DNA of 64,000 nucleotides from Dehalococcoidia bacterium. GTDB lineage: Bacteria > Chloroflexota > Dehalococcoidia > UBA6926. Under the pieces are notes generated by a model, which saw only the letters and a program-made list of their open reading frames with translations, did no database searches and was not told the DNA's origin. A program made the position numbers and the translations under genes. Numbering within the stretch: the first letter of the stretch is position 1; each line of letters opens with the position of its first letter. Below are positions 10,075 to 18,573 of this stretch, piece by piece. The stretch is from assembly GCA_965214725.1 (NCBI GenBank), contig OZ243973.1:801938-865937 (forward strand). The letters are read 5' to 3'.

Positions 10075-10416
10075 GTGACAACTCGAGACAGGGAATCGAT
10101 ACAGGATAAGGTTCGATTCTGGGAAGAGCAAGACAAGATCAATCAGGAGCTGATTCCGCGGGTCATTCGCCAGAATGAGCTGCTATCTGCTCACGTAGCA
10201 GATCACGACAATCTACCTGCGTTAGCCGCAAATGCCGCGAGCGAGGCGTTGCGGACCGCAAGAGAAGGAGACAACCACCGCTACGAACAAGCCCTAGCTG
10301 CTGCCAAGCAGGACCTTATTCGAGAGTCGGTCGCTCTTCGACGGATACTCATCGGCATATCGTCGGTTGCGGTGGCGGCATGCATTATCGCGATACTTGT
10401 TGCCCTGTTCGTCTGA
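10075..10416 (+). CDS. Small hypothetical protein: N-terminal coiled coil, C-terminal transmembrane helix
   Basis: GTG start 7 nt downstream of the GGGGAGGA Shine-Dalgarno. C-terminal ILIGISSVAVAACIIAILVALFV is a single TM segment. Lower-GC islet. Confidence 0.4.
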   Translation: MTTRDRESIQDKVRFWEEQDKINQELIPRVIRQNELLSAHVADHDNLPALAANAASEALRTAREGDNHRYEQALAAAKQDLIRESVALRRILIGISSVAVAACIIAILVALFV

Positions 10417-10435
10417 GGCTAGTGAGTGGAGAACA

Positions 10436-11578
10436 ATGATGGAATCGACCAGCCTTTTTCCAGCGCTCCGTGAACTGCCAGCTGGCAGTCCGCTCAGTGG
10501 TATGTCATACAACGATACGATGCGCGACATCCTCGAGATGGATCGAGCTATGCTCGGTGCAGAGTTTGCGACCGCCATCTCCTTTGGACTTTGGCCACTT
10601 CTTGTTGGCACGCCGCTTACAGACGGGACCAATGTCCCTGACATTTTGTTCAACGCCTACTCCCAGAGATGGCCTGAGATGTCCCAAGAAATGTCTTTGT
10701 ATGACAAATGGCAAGAACTCTTGGAGACTGGCGAGGGAATCGAACACAACGGATGGTTCTTTAGTGGTCTGAAGGGTCAACTGGCTGAATTCGAAACCGT
10801 AGGAGTCTTCGAGTCTCACGGTTTCACTGAGGTACAGTTGGTTCTTACCGCCAACAATCCAGGCTGGGATGTCAGCGCTATCAACCCGGATGGAGAAGCA
10901 GTGCTGATACAGGTGAAGACCGGCACGTCCCTTACCGGATCCGAAATAGAAGACCTCATGCAGGAGGACCCGGAGTTTCTCTTTGCCCTGGGAGGAGAAC
11001 TCCACGATAAGGCCGTGGCGTATGGCATAGATACAGATGGCCGAGTCTTCGAGCTAGGACAAGACATCGAACTAGTTGAGGGCATTGACGACGGTCTAGA
11101 CATACTCAGCGCCAACATGGGAATCGACATTCCTGATGGTGTCGTCGATGTCGTTCCGTACGCTACCGTAATAGTAGGCGGCGCGAGGCTGATCTATAGC
11201 TTCATTAGGACTGAGCGAGATTTCAGCGAAGCGGATCGCTCTACTCGGAATCAGATTCAGGTCGTGCAGACTCTTACTCTAATGTCCAGAGTTGGAATCA
11301 GCACTGTCTTGGCTACTGCAGGAGGTACAGCGGGTAGCATAGCCGGAAGTGTCATACCGGGAGTAGGCAATATAGTCGCCGGTGTCACGGGAACGATTGC
11401 AGGGGCAGGAGCCGGCATGGCGCTAAATCACAAATTGCGTCCACGGATGTTGGACATTGCTCTAAGCATCACAGACTTGACCCGTGACGACTTGTTCTAC
11501 TACAAGAACAAGAAGAAGATTGATGATTTGGGCACCTCATTCCAGTCCAGAGCAACCGATCTGGCCCCCGTCGCTTAG
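10436..11578 (+). CDS. Hypothetical protein with a central Mrr-cat-like (PD-(D/E)xK restriction endonuclease fold) domain and a C-terminal glycine-zipper membrane segment
   Basis: GQLAEFETVGVFESHGFTEVQLVLTANNPGWDVSAINPDGEAVLIQVKTG matches the Mrr_cat pattern (GxxFExxV…GxxV…D.GiD…vliQcK). The C-terminal TAGGTAGSIAGSVIPGVGNIVAGVTGTIAGAGAGMAL is a glycine-zipper-type hydrophobic segment. ATG at 10436 follows the GAGTGGAG RBS. Confidence 0.5.
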   Translation: MMESTSLFPALRELPAGSPLSGMSYNDTMRDILEMDRAMLGAEFATAISFGLWPLLVGTPLTDGTNVPDILFNAYSQRWPEMSQEMSLYDKWQELLETGEGIEHNGWFFSGLKGQLAEFETVGVFESHGFTEVQLVLTANNPGWDVSAINPDGEAVLIQVKTGTSLTGSEIEDLMQEDPEFLFALGGELHDKAVAYGIDTDGRVFELGQDIELVEGIDDGLDILSANMGIDIPDGVVDVVPYATVIVGGARLIYSFIRTERDFSEADRSTRNQIQVVQTLTLMSRVGISTVLATAGGTAGSIAGSVIPGVGNIVAGVTGTIAGAGAGMALNHKLRPRMLDIALSITDLTRDDLFYYKNKKKIDDLGTSFQSRATDLAPVA

Positions 11579-11673
11579 TAGCCGCTGTTCCGCATCGCCC
11601 TACCCGCCCTCGCACCTTGTGGGGCGATGCGGATGCGTTGCCCGACCCAGTCGCTTAGTAGCCGCTGTTCCGC
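11570..11673. repeat. 24-bp direct repeat (gtcgcttagtagccgctgttccgc) at 11570-11593 and 11650-11673 flanking a 9-bp-stem hairpin; copy 1 includes the stop codon of the upstream gene
   Basis: Exact 24-bp duplication with an 80-bp period. The intervening gcatcgccc…gggcgatgc forms a stem. Confidence 0.7.
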
Positions 11674-11687
11674 GCCAAGACACCGCT

Positions 11688-11820
11688 GTCATTCTGAACG
11701 GAGCGCGATAGCGCGGAGTCGAAGAATCTCGCAAGCAGGTGGGCGCGTCGAGCGTACTGCGCCATGCACGTCACGCGTAGGGCGCGCCGCGGGATTCTTC
11801 GCTCCGCTCAGAATGACAGG
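11688..11820. repeat. Inverted pair of REP2-family elements (long form at 11688-11728, short form at 11791-11820) forming a ~130-bp MITE-like palindromic unit
   Basis: gtcattctgaacggagcgcgatagcgcggagtcgaagaatc … gggattcttcgctccgctcagaatgacagg. Confidence 0.7.
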
Positions 11821-11886
11821 GGGGCATCAGAGTGACAGTGGGGGCATCAGAATGCAGTGGGGTACCAGAGCCACAGGGGGATAGAG

Positions 11887-11897
11887 CCCCCCCCCCC
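11887..11897. repeat. Poly-C homopolymer (C11) about 50 nt upstream of the tlpA-like start
   Basis: gagccccccccccccgcccg. Confidence 0.6.
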
Positions 11898-11947
11898 GCC
11901 CGTACACATTCCTGCTTGGCGCGGTATACTCTATTCACGCGCGGGGT

Positions 11948-12623
11948 TTGGTGGCTTATGGTTGATGATGATGGTCGGGATGACCGACCACAGCACACTA
12001 CGGATGACGTGAACGGTGACGAGGCGGCTGATGCCGTCACGCCTCGTGGCGTGTCTGCGGTTGATGCGGCGGAGCAGCGGCGGCCCGGATTTGTTGTCGT
12101 CGGCGTTGCCGTCCTGGTCATGGCCGCGTTCATCGGCCTCCTCGCCTACAGCCTTGTGACGCGCGAGTCGATGCCGATGGACACGACGACGCGAACCAGC
12201 ATCGCGGCGCCATCCTTCACGCTCTCTCAGATTAATGGCGCGGGTGATGTGAGCCTGTCCGATTTCGAGGGCTCGCCCATCGTCGTCAATTTCTGGGCAT
12301 CCTGGTGCGCGCCGTGCCGCGTTGAAATGCCGCACCTTGTCGACGCGCATGAACGCTACGCCGCAGAGGGAGTCCGGTTCATTGGTGTCGCCATTCAGGA
12401 CACCAATCAGGACGCGCTCGCCTTTATTGAGGAGTTTGCTGTGCCGATTGATGATGGCTACATCATGGTCAGTGATCCGGATGGGCAAGCGACCATCGAT
12501 TACGGGGTGGGCGGCCTGCCGATCACGTTCTTCATTCAGGCCAATGGCATTGTCCATACACGATGGGCGGGCGTGGTGAATGACACGGTGCTCGATGAGA
12601 GAATCATGGAGATACTCGGATAG
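11948..12623 (+). CDS. TlpA/ResA-like membrane-anchored thiol:disulfide oxidoreductase (thioredoxin fold, WCxPC)
   Basis: N-terminal TM helix, then VVNFWASWCAPCRVEMPHL and the typical TlpA C-terminus. The six-frame ORF starts at 11832; the ATG at 11948 is used. Confidence 0.75.
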
Positions 12624-12638
12624 GCGCGGGGGCTGACG

Positions 12639-13619
12639 ATGGATCGCTTTCTCGCACTCTACGCCCTCGCCCTGTATCGGCCTCGCCTGATCGCCGGGGG
12701 ATTTCTGGTGTCACTTGGCGTCGCCATGCTTGTGTTTGCGGCAGGATACGTCGCGCTCTCCGCAAGCGCAGAGACGGGCCTCGAGGAGTTGAACGTGACG
12801 CAGGATGAGAGCGGGCTGACGCGCGCTGACCTCTCACGTGGGCTGGCGGCCTCCACGACTGATACGCCGGCGCCCGCGCCTGCGGAGCCAGCCACCGCTG
12901 CTGAAAGAAACGCGCCGGCGGACAACACCACCGGGGTGAGTGTGGCACGGGCGACACGCCCCCCCTCCTGGGTAACCGATTCATGGGCGAGGGCGATACC
13001 GGAGAGCGTGGACGAGGCGGATGCCAGTCCCTATGACGAATTCGGCATCCTGCGCGACGTCAGCCACTACACATCTGATGCGGATGGCAGGGCGCTGCTG
13101 CGGCCGCTGTCGCACAATTTCACGGCGATCACCTACGCGGACCTTGTCAAGACGCACGGAAAGCAGCCGCGCCCGGACCGCATCTATATTCCCTCGATCA
13201 ATCTGTCATCCCCGGTGGTCCCGCTCGATATTATGTGGGACGGCGAGGCGAGTGAGTGGGAGACGGCGGATGATGCGGTGGGTTTCCACCGCGGGTCCGC
13301 AACGCCGGGCGAGATCGGCAACACGGTGATGTCCGGCCATGTGAACTCACCCATCGCCCGGGAGGGGTCCATCTTCGCTCGGCTGGATGAGATTGCGCCG
13401 CAACTCCGGCGCGGTGAGATCGTCGACATCTACGTGATCGTGGGTGACACCGTCTATCTGTACCGCGCAACCGATACGCGCGTCGTGCTGCCGGAGGAAC
13501 TGGACGTGTTTGATTACTCAGACGAGCCGACGTTGTCCCTGGTCACATGCGCGCCGGCAACAACGTATTCCCACCGTTTCATCGTCAACGCCACGCTGGT
13601 AGGCATATCCCGCCCATAA
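12639..13619 (+). CDS. Sortase family transpeptidase (class E-like), N-terminal membrane anchor
   Basis: Conserved His in GNTVMSGH, the TLxTC-type active site (LSLVTC) and the sortase beta-barrel region. Confidence 0.75.
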   Translation: MDRFLALYALALYRPRLIAGGFLVSLGVAMLVFAAGYVALSASAETGLEELNVTQDESGLTRADLSRGLAASTTDTPAPAPAEPATAAERNAPADNTTGVSVARATRPPSWVTDSWARAIPESVDEADASPYDEFGILRDVSHYTSDADGRALLRPLSHNFTAITYADLVKTHGKQPRPDRIYIPSINLSSPVVPLDIMWDGEASEWETADDAVGFHRGSATPGEIGNTVMSGHVNSPIAREGSIFARLDEIAPQLRRGEIVDIYVIVGDTVYLYRATDTRVVLPEELDVFDYSDEPTLSLVTCAPATTYSHRFIVNATLVGISRP

Positions 13620-13717
13620 GCGCGCCACGGCCTGACGTCCAGTAGGGCGTTGACGAACACGTGACGTTCATCTACGCTCCCCTCATACACCCCCTGTCCC
13701 TTCGGTGGCAGGGCGCA

Positions 13718-13747
13718 GGGCTGCCGAAAGGCAGCCTTAGCTTTTGC
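13718..13747 (+). terminator. Putative intrinsic terminator (GNRA-tetraloop hairpin followed by a T-rich tract) after the sortase gene
   Basis: gggctgcc-gaaa-ggcagcc followed by ttagcttttgc. Confidence 0.4.
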
Positions 13748-13931
13748 TAGGACGATTTCCTATATCCAATTATCCAATGACTCGGATCTGCAGCTGCGCT
13801 CTGACTGGCGCACGCTCAGCGCGTTTGTGTGCCGATTCGTATAAACTAACGGGGACATTCCGGTGCGAGCGCCGCGCACAGTTCGCCTGTGTGTGAACGC
13901 GTGACTGCCGGGGACCGCGTCAGCATAATCT

Positions 13932-14675
13932 GTGGGAGTAGGTGGGGGTGTCTTTGTGACAACATCAGCGTCCGCTCTGTTCGGTGAGACGGTTGCGCGA
14001 GCGCGCGCCGAGGGGCGGCTTATTCTAACCGAAGAGGAATCCAAAGCGATCCTGCGTGAGCAGGGCATCCACGTGACGATGCCGACGCTTGCCGCCTCCG
14101 CGGAAGAGGCAGGGGCCGCGGCCGCACAGATCGGTTTTCCGGTGGTCATGAAGGTGTCATCGCGGGAGATTACACACAAGAGTGACGTTGGCGGCGTGCG
14201 GCTGGGCATCCAGGACGCGGACGCCGCCCGTGCGGCATTTGATGAGATTATGGCGAGCGCGCAGGCGGCAGAGCCGGGCGCGACGATTGACGGCGTGACG
14301 GTGCAGCAGCAGGCGCCGGGCGGTGGCGTTGAGGTCATCGTCGGCATGACCCGTGACCATCAATTCGGCCCGGTGATCATGTTCGGGCTTGGCGGTATCG
14401 CCGTTGAGGTTCTGCAGGACGTCGCTTTCCGCATCGCCCCCCTCACACAGCGGGATGCGGGCGCCATCATCCGAGAGATCAAGGGATACCCCCTGCTGAC
14501 GGGGCACCGCGCCACGCGGCCTGTTGATCTGCCTGCGCTGGAGGGGCTGATCAGCGCCGTCTCATCATTTGTCACTGAAACAGCAGACATCGCCGAAATG
14601 GACTTGAACCCGGTGATTGCCTACGCCGATGGCACGATCGCCGTCGATGCCCGTATCGTTCTCACCGCCTCATAG
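13932..14675 (+). CDS. Acetyl-CoA synthetase (ADP-forming)/acyl-CoA synthetase (NDP-forming) beta subunit, ATP-grasp domain
   Basis: ILTEEESKAILREQGIHV…IGFPVVMKVSS…ITHKSDVGGVRLGI is the ATP-grasp ligase module of NDP-forming acyl-CoA synthetases. The start may be a GTG near 13957. Confidence 0.7.
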   Translation: MGVGGGVFVTTSASALFGETVARARAEGRLILTEEESKAILREQGIHVTMPTLAASAEEAGAAAAQIGFPVVMKVSSREITHKSDVGGVRLGIQDADAARAAFDEIMASAQAAEPGATIDGVTVQQQAPGGGVEVIVGMTRDHQFGPVIMFGLGGIAVEVLQDVAFRIAPLTQRDAGAIIREIKGYPLLTGHRATRPVDLPALEGLISAVSSFVTETADIAEMDLNPVIAYADGTIAVDARIVLTAS

Positions 14676-14709
14676 AGCCACACGGAGACAGAAAAGGAGC
14701 GCCGTTGTT

Positions 14710-16149
14710 ATGGACGCAGCACGCAAGGCCAACCTGGACAGAGCGTTCAACCCACAGCTGATTGCCGTTGTTGGGGACAAGAAGATCACAGATTATATGT
14801 GGCTTAAGAGCGTCCGTGACGCCAAGGCCAAGGTTGTGTCCGTCCAAATCGATGAGAATGAGATCCCGGGCATTCTTGAGATGGGCTTCGAGAACTATCC
14901 GAGCCTCGCAGATGTGCCGGGGCAGGTCGACTATGTCATCGTTGCGGTGCCCCGGCCGATTGCGCCGCGCATCGTGTCCGATGCCATCAGTGTGGGCGCC
15001 GGCGCCGCCGCCCTCTTCACCTCCGGCTTTGCGGAAACGGGTGAGGAGCAGGGCGTGCAGCTCCAGGAGGCGCTCCAGCAGATGACGCACGATGCGAATT
15101 TCAACCTCGTCGGCCCCAACTGCATGTGCCTCTATCACTCCAAGGCGGGCATTCGCAACACCGCAGATCAGTGGATCGGTGATGCGGGAGACATCGGTTT
15201 CATGTCCAATTCCGGCACGCACGCGAGCGGCTTTGTTGTGCGTGCGCGAGCCAATGGCCTCTACCCACTCAAGTCCATCAGCATGGGCAACAGCATCTCC
15301 ATTGACCAGGGTGATTGGCTCGAGTATCTCGGCGATGATCCTGATGTGAAATCGATCGGCATGTACATTGAGGGAACGCGGGACGGGCGCAAGTTCTTCG
15401 ATGCGCTGCGCGATGTTGCCGCGCGAAAGCCGGTCATCATCTGGAAGGGTGGTCAGACCAGTGAAGGGGCACGCGCTGCGGCATCACACACCGGCCACCT
15501 CGCCTCCGATATGGCTCTCTGGGATGCCATGATCCGGCAGACCGGCGCTATCCGTGTTGATACACAGGACGAACTCATGGATGCCTTCAAGGCTCTGAAT
15601 TTCATGAAGCCGTTCACCGGAAACCGCATGGGTATTGTCGCGCAGACCGGCGGGCAGTCAGTCCTGGTGTCTGACGCCTTTGGCAGAGAGGGGCTCACCA
15701 TCCCTGACCTGACAGATGAGAGTTATGATTTCCTGCGCCCCTTCGTGACGCTCGTCGGAGGCAGTTACAAGAATCCGTTGGACGTTTCCGGCTCCCTGAC
15801 CAGCATCGAACGGGGACGCGACATGCTGGACACGCTGGCCAGTGATCCAAACACGGACATCGTCGTCATTGAGGCGAGCATCGGATTCCTTTCCCGGCGG
15901 CTGGAGCGACAGGGACAGGGCATGGATGACCTCATCGACATGTTCAAGGATTTTCAGGAGTCCATCGACAAGCCGTTTGGCGTGATCGCGACATGGAACC
16001 AGGATGAGGCGGCGCTGGCAGAGTTCCGGGGCAAGCTGGCAGACCGCGGGCTCGCCGTTTTCCCGTCATTCCAGGATGCTGCGCGCGCCATCCGCCGCCT
16101 GCGTGACTACTACATCGCCCAGCAAGAGATAGCCGCCGCAACGGGATAG
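14710..16149 (+). CDS. Acetyl-CoA synthetase (ADP-forming) alpha subunit (CoA-binding and CoA-ligase domains)
   Basis: LIAVVGDKK…YPSLADVPGQVDYVIVAVP… is a succinyl-CoA-synthetase-like CoA-binding domain, followed by a ligase-CoA domain. Spurious N-extension trimmed to the ATG at 14710. Confidence 0.7.
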   Translation: MDAARKANLDRAFNPQLIAVVGDKKITDYMWLKSVRDAKAKVVSVQIDENEIPGILEMGFENYPSLADVPGQVDYVIVAVPRPIAPRIVSDAISVGAGAAALFTSGFAETGEEQGVQLQEALQQMTHDANFNLVGPNCMCLYHSKAGIRNTADQWIGDAGDIGFMSNSGTHASGFVVRARANGLYPLKSISMGNSISIDQGDWLEYLGDDPDVKSIGMYIEGTRDGRKFFDALRDVAARKPVIIWKGGQTSEGARAAASHTGHLASDMALWDAMIRQTGAIRVDTQDELMDAFKALNFMKPFTGNRMGIVAQTGGQSVLVSDAFGREGLTIPDLTDESYDFLRPFVTLVGGSYKNPLDVSGSLTSIERGRDMLDTLASDPNTDIVVIEASIGFLSRRLERQGQGMDDLIDMFKDFQESIDKPFGVIATWNQDEAALAEFRGKLADRGLAVFPSFQDAARAIRRLRDYYIAQQEIAAATG

Positions 16150-16269
16150 ACAGCGGAGAGACGGCGAGCATGCACTACTCGCCGTCAATAGAGACCCGAG
16201 ACCGATGTCGCGCCAGGATTGTGTACTATTCTATTAGGCATAGCCCGGACATTCGGAGGCGACACGGTT

Positions 16270-16959
16270 ATGATCTCAGCTGAGACTGAAGCGCCGCGAT
16301 GGATGGAACGTCTCAACCTTCCGGCATACCGGCCCGGTTTGGCGGCCAAGTGTGCTCAGATACCTACGCAGAGTGTGGCGTATTGGCGGCGCGGGGCGGC
16401 GGGCCGGCCAAGGCCGGTTCTTGCGAGCACCCGAACGGACACATTGCTCTCTTATCTGGAATTGATAGAGCTCGCATTTGTCGCCTCGATGCGTCAAATG
16501 GGAATCCCCTTTGCCAAGATTCGGCGCACCCGGGAATATGCCCAGAAGGAACTGGGGTCCGAGCACCCGTTCTCTGAATATGCCTGGAAGACCAACGGCA
16601 TGCATCTCTTGCTTGGTCTCCATGAGGTGGATCCGTCGCTGGATGTCGACCGCCTGATAATCGGAGATTCATACGGACAGTTGACCTGGCATGGACTGGT
16701 GGACGACCGCTTCACTGAGTTCGATTACGAGAATGACTTCGTTGTGAGGTGGCACCCTCGGGGTAAGACGAACAGCGTGATTATTGACCCTCGAATCAGA
16801 TTCGGCGCCCCGAATGCAGGGGGGGTTATCACAATATTTGTTAAGGGGCGATATGAGGCTGGAGAATCTCTGAGCGATATTGAAGATGACCTTGGGCTCA
16901 CTACGGAGCAGGTTAAGGACGCTCTAATCTTTGAGGGCGTAGAATCCCTTACGGCCTAA
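16270..16959 (+). CDS. DUF433-containing protein with an ~170-aa N-terminal HTH-containing extension (antitoxin-like partner of the downstream PIN-like gene)
   Basis: C-terminal …VIIDPRIRFGAPNAGGVITIFVKGRYEAGESLSDIEDDLGLTTEQVKDAL matches DUF433 (DPRIxxGKPxIxGTRIPV…). N-terminal LNLPAYRPGLAAKCAQIPTQSVAYWRR looks like a helix-turn-helix. Confidence 0.55.
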   Translation: MISAETEAPRWMERLNLPAYRPGLAAKCAQIPTQSVAYWRRGAAGRPRPVLASTRTDTLLSYLELIELAFVASMRQMGIPFAKIRRTREYAQKELGSEHPFSEYAWKTNGMHLLLGLHEVDPSLDVDRLIIGDSYGQLTWHGLVDDRFTEFDYENDFVVRWHPRGKTNSVIIDPRIRFGAPNAGGVITIFVKGRYEAGESLSDIEDDLGLTTEQVKDALIFEGVESLTA

Positions 16960-17367
16960 ATGTCGTATCGTTCCGACCGGCCTACGCTCTTCTTCGACCG
17001 TGATGTAGGAAAACGACTGCCGGAGGCGCTTTCCCGGCTACGGTTGCCCGTAGATATCGAGATGCACCGGAATTATTTCGCCCAAGGGTCCAGCGACAAT
17101 GAATGGCTTCCGGTAGTTGGCGCTCGGGGGTGGGTCGTCATTGGGCACGATCGCAGACACCACACCGAGGAAGGGGAACTGGCGTCCATTATCGACCACA
17201 ACGTTCGTGACTTCTACTTGTGGGGTGGCTCAGCGCCTACATGGGAAAAGGCCAGATGTTTCTTGAGGGCATTTGAGGCAATTCAGGAGGCAATCCTGGA
17301 AATTGACCCTCCTTTCATTTTCGACGTGCTCGAGGATGGCCGGTTGCGGCGCGTACCCATTTCCTGA
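16960..17367 (+). CDS. DUF5615-family PIN-like (Mut7-C-like) putative ribonuclease/toxin
   Basis: LFFDRDVGKRL…DNEWLPVVGARGWVVIGHDRR pattern of DUF5615. Its start codon abuts the stop of the DUF433 gene. Confidence 0.5.
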   Translation: MSYRSDRPTLFFDRDVGKRLPEALSRLRLPVDIEMHRNYFAQGSSDNEWLPVVGARGWVVIGHDRRHHTEEGELASIIDHNVRDFYLWGGSAPTWEKARCFLRAFEAIQEAILEIDPPFIFDVLEDGRLRRVPIS

Positions 17368-17382
17368 TTGGCGGAGGAGCAT

Positions 17383-18573
17383 ATGCCTGGTATCTCCCTT
17401 TCTGCTGATGAGACTCGGCGGTTCCGCCTTCTCTCCCAAGGGTTGGCTGTCCCGACGGATGCGCTGCCGCCGCACGCTCCAGCCATGGCGGACACAACGG
17501 ATCCCGGCGCCGATGCCGTGCTGAACATTGTGCGGCGCGCCGGCGGCATCCAGGCGCAGGATATGAACGCCGCCCCCCTGCAAGTCCGTGCCCGCAGCGC
17601 CGCGCTGACACGCTCAGACGTCATCCGGGCCATCTCAGAGGACCGCGCCATCGTTCGTACGTGGCTCATGCGCGGCACACTGCACATCATCCCGGTGGAT
17701 GACCATCGATGGATGACATCGCTGTTCGGGGCGGCCTCCTTCTCCGCCGGGCATGGGCGCCGCCTCCAACTCGGGCTGGACGAACGCACGCTGGACACCG
17801 CCCTAACCCACGCGGTGGACATCCTCAACGCGGAGGGTCCGTTGACGCGCCGGGACCTTGCGGAACGGCTTGCCCCGCTCGGCATTGGCGTCGCTGATCA
17901 GGGTTTCCACCACATTGTCCGCTCAGGCGGCTTCCTGGGCATTCTCTGCCATGGTCCGCTTGTGGATGGCCGCACCGAGACATTCGCGGCGACCGATTCC
18001 TGGCTTGGAGGCATTGAGCGCCCTGCCCTTGAGCGCGATGAGGCGCTTGCCCGACTTGCACGCATCTACATCAACGCGTTCGGCCCCTCCACCACGCGGG
18101 ATTTCGCAGCGTGGGCCGGGCTGCCTCTCCGCGACGCTCGCGCCGGCTGGCACGCCATTGAGGACAATCTGCTGGAGGTGGTGGCCGACGGCGAGGCCGC
18201 ATGGATCCACGAGGACGATGCGCCCCGCCTCACTGCCGTGCAACAGCCTGCCCCCCACCCTGCCCTCCGCCTGCTCGGCTACTTTGACACCTATCTGCTT
18301 GGTTATCGAGGTCGCGGGCTTGCCGTTGCTCAGGAGCATTTTAGGCGCGTGAACGCCGGCGGCGGCATGATCCGGCCCGTCGTTCTCATTGACGGGCGCG
18401 CCGTGGCCACATGGTCGCTCAAGCGCGATACGCGCGCGGGCACGGCGGACGTGTCCATCGAGCCGTTCCCTGGGCTGGAGGATGCGCTGACTCCCGCGTG
18501 GGCGCAGGAGGCCGTACAGCGTGAGATTGACGATATCGGGCGGTTTCTGGGGTTGGAGAGTAGCGCCGCCTAG
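17383..18573 (+). CDS. Winged-helix DNA-binding domain protein of the YcaQ/AlkZ family (HTH_42; putative interstrand-crosslink DNA glycosylase)
   Basis: N-terminal …ADETRRFRLLSQGL… and an overall ~400-aa architecture typical of HTH_42/AlkZ-like proteins. The ATG at 17383 follows a GGAGGAG RBS; the TTG at 17368 is an alternative start. Confidence 0.45.
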   Translation: MPGISLSADETRRFRLLSQGLAVPTDALPPHAPAMADTTDPGADAVLNIVRRAGGIQAQDMNAAPLQVRARSAALTRSDVIRAISEDRAIVRTWLMRGTLHIIPVDDHRWMTSLFGAASFSAGHGRRLQLGLDERTLDTALTHAVDILNAEGPLTRRDLAERLAPLGIGVADQGFHHIVRSGGFLGILCHGPLVDGRTETFAATDSWLGGIERPALERDEALARLARIYINAFGPSTTRDFAAWAGLPLRDARAGWHAIEDNLLEVVADGEAAWIHEDDAPRLTAVQQPAPHPALRLLGYFDTYLLGYRGRGLAVAQEHFRRVNAGGGMIRPVVLIDGRAVATWSLKRDTRAGTADVSIEPFPGLEDALTPAWAQEAVQREIDDIGRFLGLESSAA

